A stretch of DNA of 64,000 nt from Candidatus Saccharimonadales bacterium (GCA_049295575.1 JBAQQX010000003.1:35519-99518), one strand, 5' to 3'; shown: positions 17,606 to 26,559, counted from the stretch's first letter. Notes: generated from the sequence alone by a model not told the origin. Translations and numbers: made by a program.

Positions 17606-17836
17606 ATGGGACTTCTCAATTCACTAAAGAATCTGCTGGGCATAGGCGATAAGTATGACGCCAGCAAAGATGGCAATCTCAATTTCGAGGACATTAAATC
17701 GGCTGTAATTAATTCTGCCGACACGAATGATGACGGAAAGGTTGATCTTTCTGACGCAAAAGATCTGCCCGCCGCCGTATCTGAACTAAAGGATAGAATA
17801 AACGGTTCCGAGACATCAAAAAAAACCCGTGAATAA
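17606..17836 (+). CDS. 76-aa protein with two canonical EF-hand calcium-binding loops
   Basis: DASKDGNLNFED and DTNDDGKVDLSD both fit D-x-[DNS]-x-[DNS]-G-x-[ILV]-x-x-x-[DE]. SD GGAGGG lies 10 nt upstream. The antisense 100-aa ORF looks like a shadow. Confidence 0.6.
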   Translation: MGLLNSLKNLLGIGDKYDASKDGNLNFEDIKSAVINSADTNDDGKVDLSDAKDLPAAVSELKDRINGSETSKKTRE

Positions 17837-18228
17837 CACACAAGCAGTCTTATCGTACGGGTAGTAAATTACCCCGCCGTGTGGACGAGGTAATTATTAA
17901 ACGTTTTTGCGCACATAAAGAACAATGTTTTATCATGACAAAACATACAGTCAGTCTGGCCTATGCGCTGGCTCAGTACAAAAGTTTTTCTGCTAGTAAG
18001 TGAGTACTAATTTTCTTTTATCTGATACGATTCGTGCGCCTCGGCGTATTTATGCCTTATTAGGTCAGACGAACGCTTGCTAGGCAAGTAAAAGTTCTTT
18101 AGTAGAATCGTTTATACAAAAATTTATTCTATCGCTACGTCGCAGCGTTAACTAAATTAATTGTAGAGAAAAACGTTTGTTACTATTAAATATAGCACAG
18201 GTTATTAATTTTGTCAATAGCGTCTCGC

Positions 18229-19074
18229 TTATGTCTCTTTGTACAGAGAGCCTTCCGATATTCTTCCGACCGCTTCATGCGCACTTGTCATGACAATATA
18301 CGCAGAAGGATCGATCGCACGAATTGCGCTCTTCACCTTCTGCTCCTCTAGTCGCGTGATTACCGCCAGCATCACCCCATGAGGCTCCCTAGCGTCAGAC
18401 TCACTCTCTTTGATATATGTTACCGGCTCTTTAATAAGTACATTTATTGCCTTGCCGATAGGACGCACCTGCATACTGACTACCCAGACACAGCGAGATT
18501 CATCAAGCCCTTCGACTGTGACGTCAATTGCCTTATGGGCTACAAAATAGGCAATCAGCGAGTAAAGCGCCTGCTCCCAGCCAAACACGAATCCAGCTAT
18601 CGTAATAATCACGGCGTTGATCGCCATAATTGCTTCACTCACCGAAAATACCGTTTCACGATCAATCAGAACAGCGATCGTATCCGCGCCATCAATAATA
18701 CCTCCATAGCGTAAGACGACGCCGACGCCAATGCCGACGATCATGCCGCCAAACACTGCAGCAAGAATCGGCACATCAGTGAAGCCATGCGGCACATGCA
18801 CGAGCGTTAGCAGTGCGAGCGCAACAATACCAACAATCGAATAGTAGGCAAATGACCTACCAAACTTCTTATATCCAAGTATGACGAACGGTGTATTTAA
18901 TAGAACCAAAAAGACACCGAGCGGCAGGCCCGATAGCTTCGCGGCAATAATCGACACACCTGTTACGCCCCCATCAAGTAGGTGATTTGGCAATAAAAAA
19001 AACTGCAGACCAACTGCAGTAATAGCGCCCCCTAGGAGAACCAGACTAACTCGTTTTACGATATCAAACCGGAT
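18229..19074 (-). CDS. YitT-family (DUF2179) membrane protein
   Basis: Core LLDGGVTGVSII plus the C-terminal DUF2179 part. The frame is open up to a stop at 19090-19092. The first canonical start (TTG 18993) would remove the first TM helix. SD AAAGGGG (19086-19080) lies 5 nt before an in-frame ATC at 19074-19072, and TGCTATAAT lies at 19108-19100. Confidence 0.6.
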   Translation of the reverse strand: MRFDIVKRVSLVLLGGAITAVGLQFFLLPNHLLDGGVTGVSIIAAKLSGLPLGVFLVLLNTPFVILGYKKFGRSFAYYSIVGIVALALLTLVHVPHGFTDVPILAAVFGGMIVGIGVGVVLRYGGIIDGADTIAVLIDRETVFSVSEAIMAINAVIITIAGFVFGWEQALYSLIAYFVAHKAIDVTVEGLDESRCVWVVSMQVRPIGKAINVLIKEPVTYIKESESDAREPHGVMLAVITRLEEQKVKSAIRAIDPSAYIVMTSAHEAVGRISEGSLYKET

Positions 19075-19119
19075 ATATGCCCCTTTCGCTTATGCCACAA
19101 TTATAGCACAAGAGTCGCG

Positions 19120-19701
19120 CTATTCATTCGCATAGGCGGATAGTTTCGGACCCGAGTATTGTAGCGGGATATACAGCCTTGAACCGATGAAATCGCTATC
19201 TTCTCTTCCGGTGATTGTAGCGTTTTGCAGTACGAGATGAAGGCCGAATGGTCGAACAAAACGTGCCAAATCAAGCTTATCCATTTCCTCCGGACTGCTC
19301 AAAAGAAATACCTCATCGACATACGGCTGAACATCGATTCCCTCAACTACTCCATGCACGACCCCGTCTTCAAATATCATCTCCGTATCAAAGGACTTTG
19401 TTTCTCGATCGAATATTTGAAAGATTGTTTTCCCTGCGACAGACACTAAGTCGCCTTGCGTTGGAGCATCGTCAATACGTTGCCAGTTATTAAGCATGAC
19501 CTCGCGAAGCACGCCACCGATTGTACGTACATCCTCGCTGTCGGTCACATCAAGCTCCTTGCCAGTTGCTTCGGGCGCAGCCCGATAAATGCCGAGTAGC
19601 ACTTCTTGATAAAAATCCATCAAGGTTTTGCGCCACAGACTAAGGTCGGTAGATACCTCGCGCTCGAACTGCGCAAATAGCTGTTCTTCGGAAAAATCCA
19701 T
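19120..19701 (-). CDS. Hypothetical acidic cytoplasmic protein (193 aa)
   Basis: Long ORF with protein-like composition. I recognise no motif. Confidence 0.5.
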   Translation of the reverse strand: MDFSEEQLFAQFEREVSTDLSLWRKTLMDFYQEVLLGIYRAAPEATGKELDVTDSEDVRTIGGVLREVMLNNWQRIDDAPTQGDLVSVAGKTIFQIFDRETKSFDTEMIFEDGVVHGVVEGIDVQPYVDEVFLLSSPEEMDKLDLARFVRPFGLHLVLQNATITGREDSDFIGSRLYIPLQYSGPKLSAYANE

Positions 19702-19862
19702 ATTACATTAGCGTACTCGCGCATGTTTATAATGACAAGCATAACTTTCATCAGCAACGGAAATGACTTCTATTCGTTTCGCTCTTTATGGAGCTCGTCA
19801 GCAAAATGACATAATTTTGGACGAATAGTTGAAATAGATAGAAAGACAGGATTGCCAGTGAT

Positions 19863-19901
19863 GGCCTGCAACATTCCGAAAACTCCGGAATGTTGCAGGC
19901 C
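19863..19901. repeat. Perfect 16-bp-stem hairpin
   Basis: ggcctgcaacattccg (19863-19878), a 7-nt loop, then cggaatgttgcaggcc (19886-19901). No U-tract on either strand. Confidence 0.8.
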
Positions 19902-19935
19902 GCATCAACCGACGCTGCTATAGCTCGATGGACGA

Positions 19936-20130
19936 CTACGGACGTCCGATGAGAATATCAACGGAACGACCGATGCGCAACTGACGCCGAACGGTTTCTT
20001 CGTTCGGCACGTTGACGCCATCGACCCAATGCTCTTTGCACTCCTGACCTACAAGGACCAGCCAAGTGTGCGGCCGAGCGTAGGAGGAGGTGTTGCGGTA
20101 GGTGAACTGCTTTGCCACTGTATGCTCCAT
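19936..20130 (-). CDS. Hypothetical 64-aa protein inside the IR-bounded insert
   Basis: MEHTVAKQFTYRNTSSYARPHTWLVLVGQECKEHWVDGVNVPNEETVRRQLRIGRSVDILIGRP has globular-looking composition but no SD. A competing 47-aa ORF (ATG 20192) in another frame has a strong SD (GAAGGAGAATGC-ATG). Confidence 0.3.
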   Translation of the reverse strand: MEHTVAKQFTYRNTSSYARPHTWLVLVGQECKEHWVDGVNVPNEETVRRQLRIGRSVDILIGRP

Positions 20131-20327
20131 CTTGACGGGCAACAGCCTGAGACCATCCCAGGTGGGCCCGTCAGTAGTCTAAATACATCCATGCATTCTC
20201 CTTCTCTTCGATCTATCTATTTCAATGAACTCTCATCGTATCTGACGACAAAAGCTTTGCGATAATAACACGTAATAATATGCACGTCAATAGTCTCACC
20301 CCTGTTTCATATATAACAATTTAATAG

Positions 20328-20352
20328 CCCCGCAGCCATTACAGCTGCGGGG
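20328..20352 (-). terminator. Terminator hairpin after the 144-aa gene
   Basis: ccccgcagc / gctgcgggg, a 9-bp GC-rich stem, 8 nt past stop codon 20360-20362. An A/U-rich tail follows on the minus strand. Confidence 0.55.
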
Positions 20353-20359
20353 TTCTCTA

Positions 20360-20794
20360 TTAAGTAGCGACGACACTAGCACGGGTTGTCTGGAGAAGAT
20401 AGATGACATATTGGACGACATCTAATTCTTCTTCAAACTCCTCAGAGTCACGCGGGTGAAGCTTATTAGATCTTCCTCTCATCCAAATACGTGCTGAGGT
20501 ATCGAGACAAAAGTTTGATCGACCAACGGGTTTTTCGTCAAGCGGAAAGATGATACGCCTCTTGACCTCATCACCTTTTGGCGCCAGGACAGATACTGTG
20601 CGAGATTTATCATCCCACACACCGCTATCAAACAACCAGACACGGGTCTCTTCAGCTTCTGCTTGTAGGCGATCGAGGAGCCAACGCGCGCCACCGATTT
20701 GGACAATAACTGCCCGGCCCCATGGCCGCTGCCTCTCCTCGTTATAGCGATAGGAGGCGGCAACTAGCAGCTTAAGGTGCTCGTTAAAATCCAT
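20360..20794 (-). CDS. Hypothetical protein (144 aa)
   Basis: Strong SD GGGAGG 5 nt before the ATG. No recognisable motif. Confidence 0.55.
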   Translation of the reverse strand: MDFNEHLKLLVAASYRYNEERQRPWGRAVIVQIGGARWLLDRLQAEAEETRVWLFDSGVWDDKSRTVSVLAPKGDEVKRRIIFPLDEKPVGRSNFCLDTSARIWMRGRSNKLHPRDSEEFEEELDVVQYVIYLLQTTRASVVAT

Positions 20795-20910
20795 TCCAAC
20801 CTCCCATATATGTCGTGCTTCTCATAGAACTCCTCTGGATACGGAAGCATAGCTTGGCCGACCAAAAGTAAGCCTATCATATCCTATAATCAAGCGTGTC
20901 GCAAGCGGCC

Positions 20911-20919
20911 TGCTATACT
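20911..20919 (+). promoter_or_regulatory. Extended -10 box for the wHTH gene (leaderless-type spacing)
   Basis: TGCTATACT, 8 nt before ATG 20928. Confidence 0.5.
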
Positions 20920-20927
20920 AGTCTCAT

Positions 20928-21596
20928 ATGCTTGATCATCACATCCAACGTTCTATTGTCTACCAACTCGCCTTTGAGCCCAGTATGCGATTTGGAGAGC
21001 TTAAACCTGATGATATCGACAATAAGCTATTCACCTATCACCTCAAAAAAGTCATGGCAGCTGGCTACGTCGCAAAGAACGACGATGGGCTTTATATACT
21101 TACGTCCGAGGGACGTCGCATAGGCGCTGGCGCCCTGAAGAGCGAACACCGCCTCATTGATCGTGCATATTCCACCCTCCTCTTGGCAATTCGCCGTAAG
21201 CATGACGGCGCCTGGCTTCTCTACCGACGAAATACTCATCCGATGATTGGTCTAGCGGGGTTTATGCACGTGCAACCGGTAGTAGATATGCCCAGCACGG
21301 AGATTGCACGTCTGGAATGTCGAGACAAAACTGGTCTTGACGGAGAATTCAGCGTTCATGGCCATGGCTATTTTCGCGTATATGACAAGGACCAGCTCGA
21401 AAGCTTTATTCATTTCACGCTCCTTGTTTGTGACGACATCCACGGCGAACTGACACCGAACAACATACTTGCCGATTACTTCTGGGAGATGGCGCCCGAC
21501 TTTAGTGCACCGCACATGCTACCGAACATGCAGACCCTCCACGAACTATATACTGGACCGTCAGGCGCATTTACTGAGCAAACATTTCATCTTTAA
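20928..21596 (+). CDS. Winged-helix DNA-binding protein with an uncharacterised C-terminal domain
   Basis: The N-terminal 70 aa (IQRSIVYQLAFEPSMRFGELK......FTYHLKKVMAAGYV.KNDDGLYILTSEGR) fit the MarR/ArsR-type wHTH pattern. The C-terminal ~140 aa are unassigned. Confidence 0.6.
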   Translation: MLDHHIQRSIVYQLAFEPSMRFGELKPDDIDNKLFTYHLKKVMAAGYVAKNDDGLYILTSEGRRIGAGALKSEHRLIDRAYSTLLLAIRRKHDGAWLLYRRNTHPMIGLAGFMHVQPVVDMPSTEIARLECRDKTGLDGEFSVHGHGYFRVYDKDQLESFIHFTLLVCDDIHGELTPNNILADYFWEMAPDFSAPHMLPNMQTLHELYTGPSGAFTEQTFHL

Positions 21597-22354
21597 ACAG
21601 TGCGCGGATAGTCTTCGATTGCTTCTTCGTAGGCTTCGAAGGCACCGTTTGGCGCGTTGCGGCGCCAGTAGACAGCAAGATCGCTATTGGGATCGGCCAA
21701 TTGAGCAACTGACGGATGTGAGCCGACCTGGTCACCAAAGACACGAGCTTGTTCGAGCATCGTGAGCGATGCTTCGCGTGCTAAATTCTGAACGTCAAAC
21801 GGACTATATGAATCCGCCACTGTACCAACTTCGGCGCAGGCAAGCTGAAGCGAGACATTCCCAAGTTGCCGACCAAGTTGCTGTTGGTGACGAGCCGTGG
21901 AGCGGCGCTCTACTTTAGTTGCAACAAGCGCCTCTGCGATCGTTGCCGCCTCGACAAGTCCCTGCTGCGCTTTTGTAAGCAAGCCGCTTTTCGATTCACG
22001 CCAATCCGACTCTTCGTCAGCGAGCGTCGGAAGATTAAGGCGACGACGCATTACAGGCGAATGCGCAGCGTAGTTATACCAGCCAGCATTTAGCCCGCTC
22101 ATAGCAATTAATGTGCCGGCAAATGCCACATCCTCCGGCTGCTCGACAGATCGCATAATCTGATGGGCGATAGATAGGCCATCACGCTGATGCTCGGCAA
22201 GAAGCGTACCGCTTGGTAGTGAGCGTCGTCGTTCTATTTCAGTCATTGAGCGTGCTCGTTCAGGGACATAATGACGATCGTCAAGGTGTTGTTTAGGTAG
22301 GTCAAAATTTCGATAAGGTTTATTCATACTTCTACTATGTGCCACGCGACACAT
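21593..22354 (-). CDS. Hypothetical protein (253 aa; alternative start ATG 22327)
   Basis: Long ORF convergent with the wHTH gene, with a 4-nt overlap. No recognisable motif. ATG 22354 directly abuts the upstream terminator, so Met10 may be the true start. Confidence 0.5.
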   Translation of the reverse strand: MCRVAHSRSMNKPYRNFDLPKQHLDDRHYVPERARSMTEIERRRSLPSGTLLAEHQRDGLSIAHQIMRSVEQPEDVAFAGTLIAMSGLNAGWYNYAAHSPVMRRRLNLPTLADEESDWRESKSGLLTKAQQGLVEAATIAEALVATKVERRSTARHQQQLGRQLGNVSLQLACAEVGTVADSYSPFDVQNLAREASLTMLEQARVFGDQVGSHPSVAQLADPNSDLAVYWRRNAPNGAFEAYEEAIEDYPRTV

Positions 22355-22383
22355 AAAAGCAGTGAAGACTTTTTCACTAAGTA

Positions 22384-22848
22384 CTAGGCGCGTTTCAATG
22401 GGACTTTTTTGAGCGGACGAACAGTACTTGCAATACTAATAGCTACGGCGATGAGTACGACGTTCTTAATGATATATTGTCCTTCGAGTGACGGAACGAA
22501 TGGATACATCCACACCATATCAGCGAGTAGCACAAGCGGTGAACAGACAAGAACCATGTGCCCGACCATGACGGCAATTGCAAGCCGAGTAAGCTTCGGG
22601 AATAAGAAAAGCAGTCCGATAATACATTCAATAATTGCCAGTGTAAGATAGAGCGGATCAAACCAATCAGCACCAACTGTTCGCAGTGTCAGTGCTTCGG
22701 CCAGTGGCGTTGCCGGGCTCAACCCCAAGACCTTTAAAATACCGAACCAAAAGTAGACGACAAAAAGGCTACCTCGTGCAAGTGGCGTGTACCATTTTTG
22801 AAACCAGTGAATTAACTGAAGATCGACGGCTTCAATATGCTTTTTCAT
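22384..22848 (-). CDS. Small four-TM membrane protein, DoxX/DUF417-like
   Basis: 154 aa with four hydrophobic helices. Family assignment is tentative. -10 TATACT (22862-22857) lies 8 nt before the ATG. Confidence 0.45.
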   Translation of the reverse strand: MKKHIEAVDLQLIHWFQKWYTPLARGSLFVVYFWFGILKVLGLSPATPLAEALTLRTVGADWFDPLYLTLAIIECIIGLLFLFPKLTRLAIAVMVGHMVLVCSPLVLLADMVWMYPFVPSLEGQYIIKNVVLIAVAISIASTVRPLKKVPLKRA

Positions 22849-22904
22849 CTGATTAAAGTATAGCTGATGTACTCAGATATGTCATTGTACTTATGCTAAG
22901 TCAG

Positions 22905-23810
22905 CTAGGCGGTTGCGCCGATTTTAGCATTTTCACGACACATATCGGCGTGGAACAAAAGATCAGGATTCTGCTTACAGTTCAAGCAGATAAGAACAAG
23001 GTCGTTACAATTTGCCCAGGCGCAGTTTTCGAAGTTAGCCGTTGGACCTTGGCAATGAGTACACTCGCCAATTGTCTTAGCATGATCACTAAAGTCAATC
23101 GTCATGCGATCATCAAAGACGCGCAAACTTCCTTCCCATAGTCCGTCATCGCCATACGCCTCACCGTATTTCACAATACCGCCATCAATTTGGTAGACTT
23201 CACTGAACCCACGCTTTTTCATCATAGCGCTAATAACTTCGCAGCGGATGCCACCAGTACAGTACGTGATTATCTTTTTGTTTTTAATATCATCATACTT
23301 ATCACTTTCAAGTTCAGCGATGAAGTCACGTGAGGTATTCGTATTTGGCACCACGGCGTTCTTGAACTTACCGATCTTGGCCTCATGCTCGTTACGACCA
23401 TCGAAGAAGATAACGTCGTCACCGTACTTCTCAACTAGTTCATGAACTTGATGCGGCTTAAGATGCTTGCCGCCACCAATAACGCCGTTTTCGTCAACGT
23501 CAAATTCATCGTCGCTATTTTTAAACCCAACAAGTTCACGTCGCGCTTTCACGCTCATACGAGGGAAGTCCTCGCGGCCACCATCGCTCCATTTGAAGAC
23601 AACATCCTTAAAGCCGGCAAATTGTTTCGTTGCCTTAATATACGCCTTGAGATCATCCATCTCACCGCCGACCGTACCGTTAATGCCATGAGGGCTCACA
23701 AGAATACGGCCCTGAAGATTTAGGCTATCGCATAATGTCTTTTGCCATAGCTTCATCGTTCCCGGATCATTGATGGGCGTAAATTTATAATAAAGTAGAA
23801 TTTTTTGCAT
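22905..23810 (-). CDS. trhO: Rhodanese-domain tRNA uridine(34) hydroxylase TrhO (YceA/UPF0176)
   Basis: ILLYYKF..I.DP N-terminus, rhodanese active-site loop YCTGGIRCE, and a C-terminal Cys-rich tail. Confidence 0.85.
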   Translation of the reverse strand: MQKILLYYKFTPINDPGTMKLWQKTLCDSLNLQGRILVSPHGINGTVGGEMDDLKAYIKATKQFAGFKDVVFKWSDGGREDFPRMSVKARRELVGFKNSDDEFDVDENGVIGGGKHLKPHQVHELVEKYGDDVIFFDGRNEHEAKIGKFKNAVVPNTNTSRDFIAELESDKYDDIKNKKIITYCTGGIRCEVISAMMKKRGFSEVYQIDGGIVKYGEAYGDDGLWEGSLRVFDDRMTIDFSDHAKTIGECTHCQGPTANFENCAWANCNDLVLICLNCKQNPDLLFHADMCRENAKIGATA

Positions 23811-23818
23811 CGTTACCT

Positions 23819-23824
23819 ATTATA
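23819..23824 (-). promoter_or_regulatory. -10 box for trhO (leaderless-type spacing)
   Basis: TATAAT on the minus strand, 8 nt before ATG 23810. Confidence 0.45.
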
Positions 23825-23945
23825 CTATATAATTACGTTTACTATGACCCCCATGGGTCCTCTATACGCAGACGTTTGGACGACCAAACCAATAGCGATA
23901 TCAATCTTGATATAAAATTATTATCACCCACACTAAAGGAGGTTT

Positions 23946-25712
23946 ATGCCTACTACACATTCATCAAAACGTATCGTCGGCTTTCTGTTCGGCTTATGGC
24001 GCGTTGCACCGGCTGCCAGCTGGTCAATGATCGGCACGCAGATTGTCTTTTCTGCGCTGACAACAACCATTGCGCCGATATTCGTCTCTCAGCTACTTAC
24101 TCGCATTGCGAGTGGTTCGGCCACGCTTCATGACAGCATGGGGCTATTAATTGGCTATGCTATCATTCTTTTTCTCGGAGATGTCGTAGCTGTCCGTGTC
24201 ACTATTGCCCTTGCCTTTATAGCAGAAACAAAAATGCAAGCAGCGGTCTCGACGCAAATCTTGTCACACCTAACTGCCAAGAGCCTTGGTTATCACGCTG
24301 ATCGCATGAGTGGCGGCACCGTATCAGACACGACAAAGTTAGTCGGTAGTGTTGAGCGGTTCTGGGACACATTAATCTTTACCGCCGTGCCAATTACGAC
24401 CACGATCATTTCCGTTTGTATTGCTCTGTCTTTCCTTTTCTGGCAGTATGCTGTCGTTCTCGCTGTTTTGTCGATTATTATTATCTTTACGATCATCAAA
24501 GCCCAGACCGCCATTGCCCCTATTAGCCGAAAATCATCTGAAAAATTCAGTGCAGCTACCGCCTATCTCGCCGACGTCGTTAGTAACATTACGACCGTCA
24601 AAGCCTTTGCTCGCAGCACCCACGAACATGCCGAGTACGGCAAGCGCATTAAAGTATGGCGTAAAGCATCAATGAAAGAAATGAAGAGCGTTCTTATTAT
24701 CACTGGATCGTTTGGCGCGATGATGACTGTCATGAATATTAGCGCCCTGCTTGCAGCTGTTCTTGCGACCGAGTATCACCTGGCGAGTATCGGCGTCACC
24801 TATCTTATGATCGTCTACACCCTAAACGTCGTATCGCAGCTATGGGCCGTATCGAGCACGACTCGCGCCTATCAGCGTATTCTTGGTGACGCTGGTCCGA
24901 TGATCAGCACGCTCGATGATCCGATCGAACTAAAAGACCCAGAATCACCTCAGCCTCTTGTTGTCTCAAAGGGTAAGATTGATTTTGACAATATTACCTT
25001 CACGCATGCTGAAAATGACGACGCTCTGTTTAAAGACTTTACTCTTACGATTGCACCTGGTGAGCGCATCGGCCTTGTTGGACGCTCAGGCTCAGGCAAA
25101 ACCAGCCTGACTCGTCTCCTGCTTCGTTTCAACGATATCGAAAATGGTGCTATCACCATTGACGATCAGCCAATTAACCAAGTTACCCAAAATGACCTAC
25201 GCCAAACAATTGCCTACGTCGCTCAGGAACCCGTACTATTCCATCGTAGCCTGCGGGATAATATCGCGTATGCAAATCCTGATGCTACTGATAAGCAAAT
25301 TGAGCATGCCATTCGTCAGGCTAATGCCTACGATTTCATCCAGAAGCTGCCCAAAGGCCTCGATACGATCGTTGGTGAGCGTGGCGTAAAACTAAGTGGC
25401 GGGCAGCGTCAGCGTATTGCAATTGCTCGTGCAATTCTAAAGGACGCACCGATTCTCGTCCTTGATGAGGCGACCAGCGCGCTTGATAGCGAAAGCGAAA
25501 AGCTAATTCAGGATGCACTCAAGCATCTGATGAAAAACCGTACGTCGATCGTTATTGCCCATCGTCTATCAACTATCGCCAGTCTTGATCGCATTATCGT
25601 TCTCGATAATGGTCAGATTATTGAGCAAGGCTCACATAGTAATCTTCTTACAAAGAACGGTATCTATGCCAAGCTTTGGAATCACCAATCTGGTGGATTT
25701 ATCGAAGAATAA
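23946..25712 (+). CDS. ABC exporter, fused permease/ATPase (MsbA/type I exporter fold)
   Basis: Six-TM N-domain, Walker A GRSGSGKTS, signature LSGGQRQR, Walker B ILVLDEATSALD. SD AAAGGAGG. Confidence 0.9.
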   Translation: MPTTHSSKRIVGFLFGLWRVAPAASWSMIGTQIVFSALTTTIAPIFVSQLLTRIASGSATLHDSMGLLIGYAIILFLGDVVAVRVTIALAFIAETKMQAAVSTQILSHLTAKSLGYHADRMSGGTVSDTTKLVGSVERFWDTLIFTAVPITTTIISVCIALSFLFWQYAVVLAVLSIIIIFTIIKAQTAIAPISRKSSEKFSAATAYLADVVSNITTVKAFARSTHEHAEYGKRIKVWRKASMKEMKSVLIITGSFGAMMTVMNISALLAAVLATEYHLASIGVTYLMIVYTLNVVSQLWAVSSTTRAYQRILGDAGPMISTLDDPIELKDPESPQPLVVSKGKIDFDNITFTHAENDDALFKDFTLTIAPGERIGLVGRSGSGKTSLTRLLLRFNDIENGAITIDDQPINQVTQNDLRQTIAYVAQEPVLFHRSLRDNIAYANPDATDKQIEHAIRQANAYDFIQKLPKGLDTIVGERGVKLSGGQRQRIAIARAILKDAPILVLDEATSALDSESEKLIQDALKHLMKNRTSIVIAHRLSTIASLDRIIVLDNGQIIEQGSHSNLLTKNGIYAKLWNHQSGGFIEE

Positions 25713-25743
25713 AAAATAGCTGCCGAGTGGCAGCTATTTTTTT
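25711..25743. terminator. Bidirectional rho-independent terminator (ABC exporter / bL25)
   Basis: aaaaa-atagctgcc-gagt-ggcagctat-ttttttt. Confidence 0.8.
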
Positions 25744-25754
25744 ACTCATATAAT

Positions 25755-26492
25755 TTACTTATTGGCGTCAACGTTAGATTGCTTTGGCTCTTTTTGATCT
25801 TTGCCACCTGGGCGAGATTCTTCAGCCTGTGTATCTTGGCGTGTATCGCTACCGTTATCGGCTTCGATATCAGCAACATCGTCAATCTCGGCGTCACCAC
25901 CAGCTGCATCATTCGCCGCCTGCAGTGCGCTTGGTTCGTAGACGTTAGCAATCACAAGATCCATATCCTGTTCATGATCGGCAAATTCAACACCGCTAGG
26001 CAGCGTTAAGTCGGCAATCGTCAGCTTGTCATCGGCGTCGGTAAGGTCGAGAATTGAAATCTCTAGTACATCCGGAAGGTTTGCCGCAATCGCACGAACT
26101 TCAACGTGCTCAATAGCCTGAAGGACGACAAGTCCAGCTTTTTCAGCCGCACTTTCACCTTCGCCAACCAGACGGATTGGCACTTCAGTCACGATCTTCT
26201 CGTTCTGCTTAATAGTATGGAACGCAACATGTCGTACGAGATGCTTCACTGGATGCATATCAATTGATTTGATAATAGCGAGCTTCTTCTTGCCATTAAT
26301 TATAAGATGAACTGGCGTGTGCTTACCAGCACTCCGCGCAACCTTTGTCGTCTCTACGAGTGACGACTGTGTCACTAGTGGCTCGGCATGGCCGCCGTAG
26401 ACAACACTTGGTACAATGTCTTGGTTTCGTAGCGTCGCAACCTTTTTGCCGCTTATACTACGTTCATCTAATGTTAATGTAATATCGTTCAT
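25755..26492 (-). CDS. rplY: Ribosomal protein bL25 (Ctc form) with acidic C-terminal extension
   Basis: RN.D.VP.V.YG and .H.V.H..FH motifs. SD AAGGAG. Confidence 0.88.
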   Translation of the reverse strand: MNDITLTLDERSISGKKVATLRNQDIVPSVVYGGHAEPLVTQSSLVETTKVARSAGKHTPVHLIINGKKKLAIIKSIDMHPVKHLVRHVAFHTIKQNEKIVTEVPIRLVGEGESAAEKAGLVVLQAIEHVEVRAIAANLPDVLEISILDLTDADDKLTIADLTLPSGVEFADHEQDMDLVIANVYEPSALQAANDAAGGDAEIDDVADIEADNGSDTRQDTQAEESRPGGKDQKEPKQSNVDANK

Positions 26493-26559
26493 GTTCTACT
26501 CCTTAATCTGATCTCAGTCGTTTGTAGTACATCTCCTATTATAGCACTATGCCCGTTCG

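Larger units (their letters stand above)
19829..20225. mobile_element. Candidate 397-bp MITE-like insert bounded by perfect 14-bp inverted repeats
   Basis: ttgaaatagataga (19829-19842) is the exact reverse complement of tctatctatttcaa (20212-20225). The interior is 53-65 % G+C against 33-40 % in the flanks (hand counts). It contains a 16-bp perfect hairpin and small ORFs. Confidence 0.45.

Noticed and set aside
17539-17841. 100-aa minus-strand ORF opposite the EF-hand ORF
   Set aside because: It has no SD and a Ser/Phe-rich low-information composition. The plus-strand frame carries two perfect EF-hand loops and an SD.
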